Part shown: one piece after another, positions 16,696 to 26,048 of the stretch
Numbering within the stretch: the stretch's first letter is position 1
Layout of the letters: the number at the start of each line of letters is the position of its first letter
Source of the DNA: a virus
Lineage: Duplodnaviria > Caudoviricetes
Direction: 5' to 3' (one strand)
DNA: 54,164 bases
IMG/VR virus record: IMGVR_UViG_3300022208_000005
Span: 1-54,164 of that record
Program-made: the position numbers and the translations under genes
Notes under the pieces: model-generated
The model's input: the letters and a program-made list of their open reading frames with translations, nothing else
Database searches by the model: none
Told to the model about the DNA's origin: nothing

Positions 16696-16972
16696 AGCAC
16701 TTTTACAGTACTCCGTGCTTTTGAGTCTAGGTGAAATCAAGGTTTTTAATTCTCAAAGCATTGCAAACACTCATTCGTAGGCCCTGCTGTGAGTATACTG
16801 TTGAAAACCATCGAAGATGGAGTTTTCTAACTAAGTATACTACACTACACATACTGCGTATTGCTTCGCAACTTGTATGCTCGCTCACTGCAATGCGGTG
16901 CCATTCGAAAGCATGAAAGTGTTAAGGGTTCTCTCTATTCTCCCCAACCCTATTAATAGTATTAACTGGACT

Positions 16973-17001
16973 TTGACCTACTTCTACAATTGTGATATAA
17001 T
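16973..17001 (+). promoter_or_regulatory. sigmaA-type promoter of the plus-strand arm
   Basis: TTGACC-17 nt-TATAAT with extended -10 TG. Confidence 0.7.
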
Positions 17002-17013
17002 AGACTGAAAGGA

Positions 17014-18024
17014 GTGATTCAAATGGTTACAGGCAAAGACTTACACCATCTAGAAGCTAAGTACATAGCCAGAACTACACTGGACCCAGAAGTATACCAT
17101 GCTCTGTTTCCAAAATACCAACGACCTCTGGTTCTTAAACTTGTGAATGGTGTTCTAAAGTACGCGAGCAGTAAGGATAAGAAAGCTATAAGCAAGTGGC
17201 TGATAAGTGATATTGAGTTTCCTTATAATGAGACGATGGCGAAAGAGATAGTATCAGACTATTATAATGAGATCAACTATACTGGGAGGAGCTATCAGAT
17301 CACAGAAGAATACTATCGAAGTATTAGAGAAGATCTCTATAAAATATGGCATAATAAGGCCTTTTGGCAGAACTTCCTAGGACTTATCAAGCAAATAGGC
17401 TTAACTATTAACCTAGGTGCCTTCTATCGCCTTTTACGGCTATATAAATACATACACAAGGAGGCAAAAATCAAGCAAGTATACACTAAAGGTGAGAAGT
17501 ATATAAAAGTAGGCATTAATCGTAGTGGAGATGATGTATATCTGTTTAATATTCATAAACTCCATGAGCTCTTAACAGAGATAGGTATCTATACTTCAGA
17601 GAAAGAAGAACCTGTGAAGTTAGAACTATTGAGCATTGAGCAATTACTATCTAAGTTCCTTAATTATAATGCTGACAGTAGTGGTAAAGATAGATTGGTT
17701 AGATCTTTCTACACAATTCTAAAGAATTGGGATATAATGGATAGAGACTCAGATAGACCCATGTTATCTGTATGGGCTCTAGAGGAGAAGTTTGGTGATA
17801 ATGTAAAAGGTAAGAGTAGGAAGAAACCACTATTCTCTTATAAGTTAATCAACTACTTACTAGAAGAAGCATGTTGGGATGATTCAGATCTATATTATCT
17901 ACTTGATCTTGTGATAGGTAAGTCTAATAGTAAGGAGGCTGCTCAGGAATTACTTAGTAAGTTTGGAAGTAAAGAGATGAGGGTGAAGGTCAACAACTAC
18001 CTAGTAGAGAAAGGATTGATGTAG
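17014..18024 (+). CDS. Hypothetical 336-aa protein
   Basis: Long ORF with promoter and ribosome site; no motif recognised. Confidence 0.7.
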   Translation: MIQMVTGKDLHHLEAKYIARTTLDPEVYHALFPKYQRPLVLKLVNGVLKYASSKDKKAISKWLISDIEFPYNETMAKEIVSDYYNEINYTGRSYQITEEYYRSIREDLYKIWHNKAFWQNFLGLIKQIGLTINLGAFYRLLRLYKYIHKEAKIKQVYTKGEKYIKVGINRSGDDVYLFNIHKLHELLTEIGIYTSEKEEPVKLELLSIEQLLSKFLNYNADSSGKDRLVRSFYTILKNWDIMDRDSDRPMLSVWALEEKFGDNVKGKSRKKPLFSYKLINYLLEEACWDDSDLYYLLDLVIGKSNSKEAAQELLSKFGSKEMRVKVNNYLVEKGLM

Positions 18025-18099
18025 AGTGAACTTAGTATTACTATTAGTACTGTTCTATATATTAGTTATTAGTGATGATTAAGAAGGAGATGGTTAAGG

Positions 18100-18327
18100 A
18101 TGATGAAGGCTATGGTAATACCGTTTAAGTTAGATTCAGAAGGAAGTAGGTATCTACAATCACTATGTAAGAAGTGGCCACCAATGGAACCTATTACCCT
18201 AGATTTAACTTTTAATAATGGGGAGTTCAATTTTAAGCAAGAGTTTTGTATCACCAAGATAGAGACCTTTAGAAATGTAAGAGGGATTAATGAGAAGCTA
18301 GAGGTAACATTTATACCATATAGGTAA
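18100..18327 (+). CDS. Hypothetical protein
   Basis: ORF with ribosome site. Confidence 0.5.
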   Translation: MMKAMVIPFKLDSEGSRYLQSLCKKWPPMEPITLDLTFNNGEFNFKQEFCITKIETFRNVRGINEKLEVTFIPYR

Positions 18328-18341
18328 AGGAGTGAAACCAT

Positions 18342-18707
18342 ATGAAAGAACAAGGTAAGCCTTATGTACCAGCAAGACCTATATTTAAAGAAGGAGCAAA
18401 GAAGAAGTTAAATATCAAACCAGATCTTATGAGTAGACTGACAGAAGCTATCTCCAAACCACCACCTACCCAGGATATTATAGCATGGGGGAACCTACAG
18501 AGGCTATCTGAATTAAAGCATATATTCCCGGAGTTCTCTATAGTATTTGATATGAGTCCAACAGCTAAGTCTGCCTTCTATTCTTATTCCCAAAGAATGA
18601 ATTTCGAACAGGTATTAGCTATGGTTATTGTAGAACAATATAAAGAGAATAGAGAACTAAGAGCAAAACTAAAGGAAGCTATAGAGAATGTTGGGGGCTT
18701 GGTATAA
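18342..18707 (+). CDS. Hypothetical protein
   Basis: ORF with AGGAGTG ribosome site. Confidence 0.55.
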   Translation: MKEQGKPYVPARPIFKEGAKKKLNIKPDLMSRLTEAISKPPPTQDIIAWGNLQRLSELKHIFPEFSIVFDMSPTAKSAFYSYSQRMNFEQVLAMVIVEQYKENRELRAKLKEAIENVGGLV

Positions 18708-18914
18708 ATGATATTCTGGAATAAGCATCCCATATTGCTTTGGGTAATTTGTTGTGTGTTGTTACCCCTTGTTAGTTCATTAGCCGGTTTTGTAGCACTT
18801 AAGGATATAGAGCTTAAGCATATAGTGATATCATTATATTGTATAGACTATTGGTTCAGGGCATATAAAGATATTAAGTTGACAACTACTAAGGATACTG
18901 ATAATATAAACTAA
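18708..18914 (+). CDS. Small membrane protein
   Basis: Hydrophobic N-terminal half. Confidence 0.5.
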   Translation: MIFWNKHPILLWVICCVLLPLVSSLAGFVALKDIELKHIVISLYCIDYWFRAYKDIKLTTTKDTDNIN

Positions 18915-18928
18915 AGGAGTGTGATAAC

Positions 18929-19111
18929 ATGATTGGAATAGCTTTATGTATTACTATATCTTTAACAGTAGGTTTCATATTTGGACATGCTGCTGCTTCA
19001 AAAGTAATAGAGGATAGAATATTTAATTATCTCACAAACAATGACTACCCGAGATATCTATCAAGAGTAAATTCTAGAAGGATTGTAAGGGGAAGAGAGG
19101 ATGGTCTGTAA
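18929..19111 (+). CDS. Small membrane protein
   Basis: N-terminal transmembrane helix; ribosome site. Confidence 0.5.
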   Translation: MIGIALCITISLTVGFIFGHAAASKVIEDRIFNYLTNNDYPRYLSRVNSRRIVRGREDGL

Positions 19112-19476
19112 TGAGAGATATAACTCCTAATGGATTTATATTAACTGGCGAATGTAACATGTGTGGTATGTGTTGTATAGAAGCTTGGAGATTTAATGCC
19201 ATGGTAGATAAAGGTGTAGACTCTGGGGGGAGACCTACCCTTGAAGTATTAGAATATGCTCAGGAACCTATAGATGCTAAGGTAGAGCTAAGCAATGAAT
19301 GTATTGAAGGAGACAATCCTGGTTGTATAGGATACGTAGATGGATTATGTATACAACATGGACCGGATAAAAGATTTATATGCTCAGGATACCCACATCT
19401 ACCAGAACAAGATGTTATATTCCCAAAGTGTGGCTATACCCTTAGACATACCTTTGACATGAATTGGAAAGACTAA
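19111..19476 (+). CDS. CxxCxxCC cysteine-cluster protein (YkgJ-like, putative Fe-S or Zn)
   Basis: CNMCGMCC...CIGY..GLC..H...RFICSGYP. Confidence 0.6.
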   Translation: MRDITPNGFILTGECNMCGMCCIEAWRFNAMVDKGVDSGGRPTLEVLEYAQEPIDAKVELSNECIEGDNPGCIGYVDGLCIQHGPDKRFICSGYPHLPEQDVIFPKCGYTLRHTFDMNWKD

Positions 19477-19568
19477 TATAATAAAAATAAAAGGAGACAA
19501 TAAAATGAAGGTATGTAAAAAATGTAATGGTACAGGCAAAAGGCTGAAGTAGTAGGAGGTGATCTATA

Positions 19569-19766
19569 ATGGTTATGACTCAAAGAAATAACATACCAAG
19601 AAAGAAACTACAGGGACATTGTCACAACTGTAGACATTGGTATAGATTGACACCAAAGAACAATAAAGGGTACTGTGAAGAGATTGAGAAGATGGTAGAG
19701 GCTAATGATAATATGATAACCACAGCTAACTTCTACTGCCCATTACATTCCTATAAGGAGGACTAG
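19569..19766 (+). CDS. Small Cys-rich protein
   Basis: CHNCRHW...GYC...FYC. Confidence 0.5.
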   Translation: MVMTQRNNIPRKKLQGHCHNCRHWYRLTPKNNKGYCEEIEKMVEANDNMITTANFYCPLHSYKED

Positions 19767-19769
19767 ATC

Positions 19770-20081
19770 ATGTGTACAGATAGACCATACAATAACTCTA
19801 TGGAGTGTAGCCCTAAAAGTTGGTTTGCCTATACTACAACAGTAAGACTCAATGACTACTTAAACCACTCAGAAAAGATCATAGAAGATAGTAAGTTAGA
19901 ACTATTCATACAAATATTTAAAGAGATCAATCTTAATCACTACAAGGTGACAATAGTAGAGGTTGAATGTACTCTTCTGTTTAACCCCTGTTCCCATATG
20001 GTCCGCATTAAACAAGAAGCCACATTAATGATAGAGTCTAAGTTAGATAAACTAACCATAACTGTAAGGGTATTAAAATAA
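19770..20081 (+). CDS. Hypothetical protein
   Basis: ORF with ribosome site. Confidence 0.45.
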   Translation: MCTDRPYNNSMECSPKSWFAYTTTVRLNDYLNHSEKIIEDSKLELFIQIFKEINLNHYKVTIVEVECTLLFNPCSHMVRIKQEATLMIESKLDKLTITVRVLK

Positions 20082-20284
20082 TGATCTCAGTGAAGGCTCC
20101 ATGCTTTAAGGCATGTCCTAATAAGGGAACAGTACACGAGAGGTGTGATGAGTATAAGCAATGGTCTAAAGAATATAGGAATATAATGGACAACAAGAAG
20201 AGTGATGCTGAACTCTTCAACTGTGAACAATCTGAGATGGGATACTATAAACACCTTAAGAGATATGGGAGGTTATTGAAATAA
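20081..20284 (+). CDS. Small Cys/His protein
   Basis: PCFKAC...HERCDEY. Confidence 0.5.
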   Translation: MISVKAPCFKACPNKGTVHERCDEYKQWSKEYRNIMDNKKSDAELFNCEQSEMGYYKHLKRYGRLLK

Positions 20285-20422
20285 GCCCTTAAGTTGGGTC
20301 CAAGGTTTTTCTACTTGGGCTCTTTTTTCTTTGGTAAAAGACCTGACAGAGTCTGGGTTTCTATGGTATAATTACTTAACAAATCAAATACAACTACTTA
20401 CCCACTACAGGAGGAATACAAA

Positions 20423-20605
20423 ATGAAAACTATGACACTTGAGGCTTATCAGGCTATTGAAAACAACACTAATCCACTAAACACTGACAAACTTAATTTT
20501 CTATACAAAACAGCAAGATACCACATATTCGAAAAAGTTACCTCAGGTCTTAATGGTAGAAAGGTATACACTAATGTAAAGGTATTATCATCATCCCTCA
20601 AATAA
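20423..20605 (+). CDS. Hypothetical protein (single-gene cassette)
   Basis: Promoter at 20343-20372, AGGAGG site, terminator downstream. Confidence 0.55.
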   Translation: MKTMTLEAYQAIENNTNPLNTDKLNFLYKTARYHIFEKVTSGLNGRKVYTNVKVLSSSLK

Positions 20606-20630
20606 GAAGCTTAATTGCTTCTTTTTTTTT
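20604..20630 (+). terminator. Intrinsic terminator
   Basis: aagaagc-ttaatt-gcttctt followed by a T-run. Confidence 0.7.
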
Positions 20631-20819
20631 CGGGAGTATAGTAGTTGTATGCCAGTTTATGTAGTGATATAATATCAATATAAGGAGGAGATAAAGCATG
20701 TTAAATATGAAAGAGCTTAGAGAGTATATCAGGCTATTCTTAATGTGTATCATAGACTGTGGTTTCAATCTTAAAGAATCCCACAATATAGCAATGTTAT
20801 TCTATAAGGAGGTTCCACC

Positions 20820-21236
20820 ATGGAGAGACCAAGTAGAGATCAAGTGAATATGGAGATAGCCTTCACAATGTCAGGTAGATCTACATGTATGAGAAAGCAA
20901 GTAGGTGTAGTGATTGTCAAAGACAATAGGATTATAGCAACAGGGTATAATGGGGTAGCATCAGGAAGACCACACTGTACAGAATGCGAGGGTCCTGGAT
21001 GCAGCAATTCAATGCACGCAGAGGCTGGTGTAATATCATTCTGTGCTAAGCATGGTATTGCTCTTAAAGATTCTACCATGTATGTAACCATGAACCCATG
21101 CGAAGCATGTGCTAATCTTATTATTAACTCAGGAATCAAGGAAGTGGTATTCCTAGAACAATATAGATACTCAATAGGAATACAATTATTAGAATCAAGT
21201 GGTATAAAAGTTAGGAGGCCAGAACAATGCAAATAG
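20820..21236 (+). CDS. dCMP deaminase
   Basis: RSTC.RKQVG.VIV...IIATGYNG, HAE, PCEAC. Confidence 0.9.
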   Translation: MERPSRDQVNMEIAFTMSGRSTCMRKQVGVVIVKDNRIIATGYNGVASGRPHCTECEGPGCSNSMHAEAGVISFCAKHGIALKDSTMYVTMNPCEACANLIINSGIKEVVFLEQYRYSIGIQLLESSGIKVRRPEQCK

Positions 21237-21766
21237 TACCAGAGTGTTGTAACAAATGTCTTAGAATCACAATCACTAACCTTGGAGTACTTACCCATAG
21301 CTGTGAGGCATTTAAGGAACTACAAGAGAACTGCACCAATGCTCAATATAGTAAGAGAGACAGGTTGAAGGAACTAAGAGACCTTGAACTTTACTATAGA
21401 AACAAAGGACAGAATGGCAATAAGACCTATGTTACCATTAAGAAACAAATAAAAGAATTAAAGTCACAGGTTAGCAAAGAGGATGCAGATCATATAAAGG
21501 AAGCTCTACTTGAGGATAAGCGAAGAGGAGAACCAGGTGGAGGAGAGAAACAAAAGGGTAATACTACAGGCATTAAGCAACGCATGAAGGACAACAGGCC
21601 ACAGGACAACAAACTTACAAGAGAACAAAGAGAGGCCTATCAAGAGGCTGTGAATGAGTTTGAAGAGAAACATGGTAAGCTACCACAACATAAATCAATT
21701 GGCTATGGTATTAACAGATCTAACATTGATAGTTATACGGGTGATGAGATCAAGGAGGAGAAATAA
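21227..21766 (+). CDS. Hypothetical basic protein with N-terminal Cys motif
   Basis: ORF overlapping the deaminase stop. Confidence 0.55.
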   Translation: MQIVPECCNKCLRITITNLGVLTHSCEAFKELQENCTNAQYSKRDRLKELRDLELYYRNKGQNGNKTYVTIKKQIKELKSQVSKEDADHIKEALLEDKRRGEPGGGEKQKGNTTGIKQRMKDNRPQDNKLTREQREAYQEAVNEFEEKHGKLPQHKSIGYGINRSNIDSYTGDEIKEEK

Positions 21767-21768
21767 AA

Positions 21769-22044
21769 ATGGCTAAGTATGAAGTAACTCAGAGAGTATA
21801 TGCCTTTCAATGGCTAGGGGATGATGAAACTAAGGACAAACCACTCTGGTTCACTAAAGCAGTTGATGATGGTATTATAGATATAATAAGTAATCAGAAC
21901 TTAATTATATCTGAACCCTCTTCAAGAGGTAATCAATGGGTTAATGTAAATGACTACATTGTATTAGGTGTGACAGGACACATCTTCTCTGTAGAAGAAC
22001 CCCAATTTGAATGTACCTACCACTTAGTGGAGGAGGAGAAATGA
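21769..22044 (+). CDS. Hypothetical phage protein
   Basis: AFQW.G...P.WF...DYI...FE.TY pattern. Confidence 0.55.
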   Translation: MAKYEVTQRVYAFQWLGDDETKDKPLWFTKAVDDGIIDIISNQNLIISEPSSRGNQWVNVNDYIVLGVTGHIFSVEEPQFECTYHLVEEEK

Positions 22045-22355
22045 ATATCATAGCTATGGTGGATAATGAAGAGTATCATGTTATAGGACTAAGCCAGACT
22101 GGGTTATTATTCAGAGACCAACAGGGTTACCATGTACATAATGACCTACACTGTGTACAAGACCTTATTATTGAAGGACAGCCAGACAATGATGATGAGC
22201 AGGAACTAATAGAACTTACTCATTACATGTTTATAGATCATTATGATAATATGTTACAAAAGCCAGTATTTGATTCAGTTAATTTACATCATACAAACCA
22301 GATATTGAGGAAATTAAACCTTTTTCAATTGACTCCATGTACAAACCCCCAATGA
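22011..22355 (+). CDS. Hypothetical protein (true start probably 22041)
   Basis: GGAGGAG before ATG of MNIIAM. Confidence 0.5.
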   Translation: MYLPLSGGGEMNIIAMVDNEEYHVIGLSQTGLLFRDQQGYHVHNDLHCVQDLIIEGQPDNDDEQELIELTHYMFIDHYDNMLQKPVFDSVNLHHTNQILRKLNLFQLTPCTNPQ

Positions 22356-22533
22356 TTTGGTACAATAAACCTATCAAATAGTAGATAAAACCCCATAAAA
22401 TGTCCTCCAAAGCCTTGGTAATACTGGATTATATCCTATATGCCAAGGTGTTTTTATTGGTCAAAATAGACATCTTTATGTAAATTATTTACAATCTGGT
22501 ACATAAAAATCTAAAAATAGGAGGTGATAACAA

Positions 22534-23346
22534 ATGAAATCAGACCTTATTAAAGCAAAAGCCAGAGTTAAGAAACGGTACATTAAAGATAAAGGCATTG
22601 TATCAGTTAAGATTCTAGCTCGTGTAGGTAAAGTTGAGCAGAAACAAGTGAGAGCTTGGATAAAAGATGAGAACTGGAAAGATTTAGTAGTTGAAGAGCC
22701 TGGTGATGTAGTCACCCTATCAGATAAGACTAAGAATGCCATCCATAAGGCCGAAGATGATTTTAACCTGACAGAAGAAGAAAGATTATTTTGTTATCAC
22801 TACCTCAAAACTCATAATGCTACAACAGCTGCCGCAAGAGCAGGGTACCCATCAACAAGATGTTACCAACGTGGCTATGATATGTTGAATCATAACGAAG
22901 AAGTCAAGGCCTTCCTTAGGTATATCAGAGGCTTAAGAGATGAGGAGCTCATGATTGACGCTATTGATATTCTCAATCAATACATGAGAATAGCATTTAT
23001 GGACATCACAGATTTTGTGGCGTTCAAGAATGGAACAGTAGCGGCTAAGTCATCAATTGAGGTAGATGGGCAACTCATCTCTGAGATCTCTGAAGGTCCT
23101 AATGGCATAAAGATCAAATTCCATAATAAGCTAGATGCTCTTAAAAGGTTAGAGGAATACATTGACATGCCAAAGAATTGGAAGAAAGGCATAGAAGAGA
23201 AGAAGCTTGAGCTAATGGAAAGAAGACTTGAGCTACAAAGAGACTTTAATGATAAAGTTGAAAAGCTTAGTCCTTTAGATGGTCTTACTAAGGAAGAGCT
23301 GTTTGCTATATTAGCTCAGACTGAGGACTTAGAAGATGAAGAATAA
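22534..23346 (+). CDS. terS: Terminase small subunit
   Basis: N-terminal HTH; LTEEERLFC..Y....NATTAAARAGY; IKIKFHNKLDAL; lies before the large subunit. Confidence 0.85.
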   Translation: MKSDLIKAKARVKKRYIKDKGIVSVKILARVGKVEQKQVRAWIKDENWKDLVVEEPGDVVTLSDKTKNAIHKAEDDFNLTEEERLFCYHYLKTHNATTAAARAGYPSTRCYQRGYDMLNHNEEVKAFLRYIRGLRDEELMIDAIDILNQYMRIAFMDITDFVAFKNGTVAAKSSIEVDGQLISEISEGPNGIKIKFHNKLDALKRLEEYIDMPKNWKKGIEEKKLELMERRLELQRDFNDKVEKLSPLDGLTKEELFAILAQTEDLEDEE

Positions 23347-24742
23347 TCTAAGGTATAGACTCAGAAGAGCAGCAATGGCAAAACTTGCTAAGATAGATTT
23401 CTGGCAGTTTTGTTTATTTGTAGATAAGAAGTTCTTCAAGAAAAGGGAAAATGTATTAAAGCCCATAGCTAAAGAGTTACAGGATATGATAGACTCTGAT
23501 CTAGAGATTATCTTCCTATCATTACCACCTAGAACTGGTAAGAGTTATATAGTTACTCTGTTTGCTGCATGGGTGTTAGGCTTATACCCTGAAGAAAGTA
23601 TCATGAGAAACACCTATGCTTCTACTCTAGCTGAGAAGTTCAGCAATGACATTAAGAAGATCATAAAGAGTGAAGGTTACCAAGAAGTATTTGGCTACAT
23701 TAAATTCACAAGAGATAAGGTTAACAACTGGGAACTTGAGAAGAGTAGACATGGTGTATCTTACTTCTGTGCTGGTGTAGGTGGTGCTATAACTGGTTTT
23801 GGTGCTAGTAAGTTTGCTATACTAGATGACTCTATTAAGAATGCTGAAGAAGCATTATCTGAAGGAGTACTAGAGAAGAAGTGGGATTGGTACACATCTA
23901 CCCATATGTCTCGTATGGAAAAGGGTTGTAAGGAGATACATATTGCTACTCGTTGGTCTAAGAGAGATATTATAGGTAGATTACTTGAAGATGAGGAGAA
24001 CTTATCTCAAAGAAAATACAAAGTTATAAATGTACCAGCTTTAGTAGATGATGGTCATGGTAATGAGATATCTTTCTGTGAAGAAGTAAAGAGCACAAGA
24101 GAGTACTTATATCTTAAGAGTATTACTGATGAGCTTATATGGGAAGCAGAATTTATGCAGAATCCTGTCGAAGCTAAAGGCCGTTTATACATTAGAGAAG
24201 ATATGAAGTGGTTTGAAATGAAGAACATAGAGAAGACCATCCCTGATGCTGTGATATCAGTTGGTGATATAGCAGATGAAGGTAGTGACTCTCTATGTGT
24301 ACCTATAGGGTATGTATTTGGTGATGAGGTATATATAGTAGATGTTGTATTTACTAGAGAAGCGATAGAGTTATCATCACCAGAGGTAGTAGGTAAACTT
24401 ATTGAGCATAAGGTAGATAGTATTCAGTTCGAGTCTAACAATGGTGGTAAGGGTTATGCTCTTGAAATAAAAAGACAACTTAAAGCCGAAGGTGCTAGAA
24501 CTACTGTTACATGGAAGCCAACTGTTCAGAATAAACATACTCGTATCATAATGAATAGTGGCCAGATTAAAGAAAGATTTAGATTTAGAAAAGATGTAAG
24601 GGTTGGAAGTGAGTATGATCGTTACATTAAAGAAATACTGAAGTATAATAAGAATGGTAAAGCTAAGCATGATGATGCATTGGATGGAACCACTATGTTG
24701 AATGAATTTATACAACAGGATTCAGAAATTCAAGTATGGTAG
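23336..24742 (+). CDS. terL: Terminase large subunit
   Basis: LPPRTGKS, ILDD, TRW...D, FESNNGG, HDDALD. Confidence 0.93.
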   Translation: MKNNLRYRLRRAAMAKLAKIDFWQFCLFVDKKFFKKRENVLKPIAKELQDMIDSDLEIIFLSLPPRTGKSYIVTLFAAWVLGLYPEESIMRNTYASTLAEKFSNDIKKIIKSEGYQEVFGYIKFTRDKVNNWELEKSRHGVSYFCAGVGGAITGFGASKFAILDDSIKNAEEALSEGVLEKKWDWYTSTHMSRMEKGCKEIHIATRWSKRDIIGRLLEDEENLSQRKYKVINVPALVDDGHGNEISFCEEVKSTREYLYLKSITDELIWEAEFMQNPVEAKGRLYIREDMKWFEMKNIEKTIPDAVISVGDIADEGSDSLCVPIGYVFGDEVYIVDVVFTREAIELSSPEVVGKLIEHKVDSIQFESNNGGKGYALEIKRQLKAEGARTTVTWKPTVQNKHTRIIMNSGQIKERFRFRKDVRVGSEYDRYIKEILKYNKNGKAKHDDALDGTTMLNEFIQQDSEIQVW

Positions 24743-24758
24743 GAGGTGAAGATGAGGA

Positions 24759-26048
24759 ATGAATGTTTTAGATTGGATTCTGGGTAAGAATGACACTAAG
24801 GAAGTAAAGGAAAGCAAGATATTTGCCACTATCACTAACACACGTAGTGCTATCTTAACAGAACAGAATTATGAGGCCTACTCTAGGGAAGGGTACTTAC
24901 TTAACCCATACGTGTTTGCTTGTATTGACAAGATAGCAAAGGCAGTAAACAGTATAGAGTGGGAGTTATATGTAGTAGACAAGGATGGTGATGAGCAAGA
25001 AGTAAGAGTCCATCCAATACTTGACTTATTACAAAACCCAAACCCCTATCAATCTTTTAATGATCTAATTGAGAGTTATGTGTGTTACTTTGCCTTAGAT
25101 GGTAATACCTTCACAGAGAAGGTTAAGGATGGCACCAAAAAGACCAAAGAGCTATACTCACTCAGACCTGACAAAGTAGATATTATCTTTAATACAAATG
25201 CTAGTACTAGGTCTGTAAGTCCTGTATCAGGCTATGAGTACAAGATGGGTTCTATAGTTCCATTCCTATTTGAAGATATTATACATGCTAAGAACTTTAA
25301 CCCCCTAGATATGAATGGTAGTTTGGGTAAAGGGCAACCACTCATGTCAGCTGTTGCTTCTTCAGGAGACCAAAACAATGCTTCTAGAAGACACAATATC
25401 AGCTTATTACAGAACTCAGCAACACCTTCTGGAATATTAGAGGTTAACAAAGAATCTGCAGGTTGGATGGATGAGGATAAAGTAGAAGCTTTGAAGTCTA
25501 GATTTAGAGATAAGTACCAAGGTGTAGACAAAGCTGGTGAACCTATAGTAGTCCAATATGTGAGTTGGAAGCAAATGGGTATGAGTAACAAAGACCTTGA
25601 CTGGGAGAAAGGCATACAACAGTCAGCCAGAGAGATCTGTGAAGGTTTAGGAGTACCGAGTATTCTAGTGGGAGACCCAGCATCTAAGACCTTTAACAAC
25701 TATAAGGAAGCTAAGAAGGGTTTATACATTGATACAGCTATACCCTTAGCAATGAAGATAGTTAGATCATTTAATCAGGGGTTAGTTAGACCTGAGTATG
25801 GTAAACAATTCAAACTAAAACTAAACTTAGACTCCATTGATGTTATTAGAGAAGAAAGAATGTCACTATGGGACCATGTTTCTAAGGCTACTTTCTTAAC
25901 TGAGAATGAAAAGAGAGAGACAGTTGGTTTTGGTACAAAAGAGGGCCTTGATATTTATAGGATACCCTCTAACCTAATTGATATACCAGAAAATGGCATT
26001 ATTGATATTGATGCTATAGCAGAAGAGATTAAAAAAAAACGTTTCTAG
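24759..26048 (+). CDS. Portal protein, HK97 family
   Basis: VFACIDKIA, LLQNPNPYQS, LDGN.F, LRPDKV, LGVP..LVG, LTENEKR. Confidence 0.92.
   Translation: MNVLDWILGKNDTKEVKESKIFATITNTRSAILTEQNYEAYSREGYLLNPYVFACIDKIAKAVNSIEWELYVVDKDGDEQEVRVHPILDLLQNPNPYQSFNDLIESYVCYFALDGNTFTEKVKDGTKKTKELYSLRPDKVDIIFNTNASTRSVSPVSGYEYKMGSIVPFLFEDIIHAKNFNPLDMNGSLGKGQPLMSAVASSGDQNNASRRHNISLLQNSATPSGILEVNKESAGWMDEDKVEALKSRFRDKYQGVDKAGEPIVVQYVSWKQMGMSNKDLDWEKGIQQSAREICEGLGVPSILVGDPASKTFNNYKEAKKGLYIDTAIPLAMKIVRSFNQGLVRPEYGKQFKLKLNLDSIDVIREERMSLWDHVSKATFLTENEKRETVGFGTKEGLDIYRIPSNLIDIPENGIIDIDAIAEEIKKKRF

Noticed and set aside
16571-16916. Two short plus-strand ORFs in the repeat region
   Set aside because: No ribosome sites, atypical composition and overlap with the repeats; probably non-coding.
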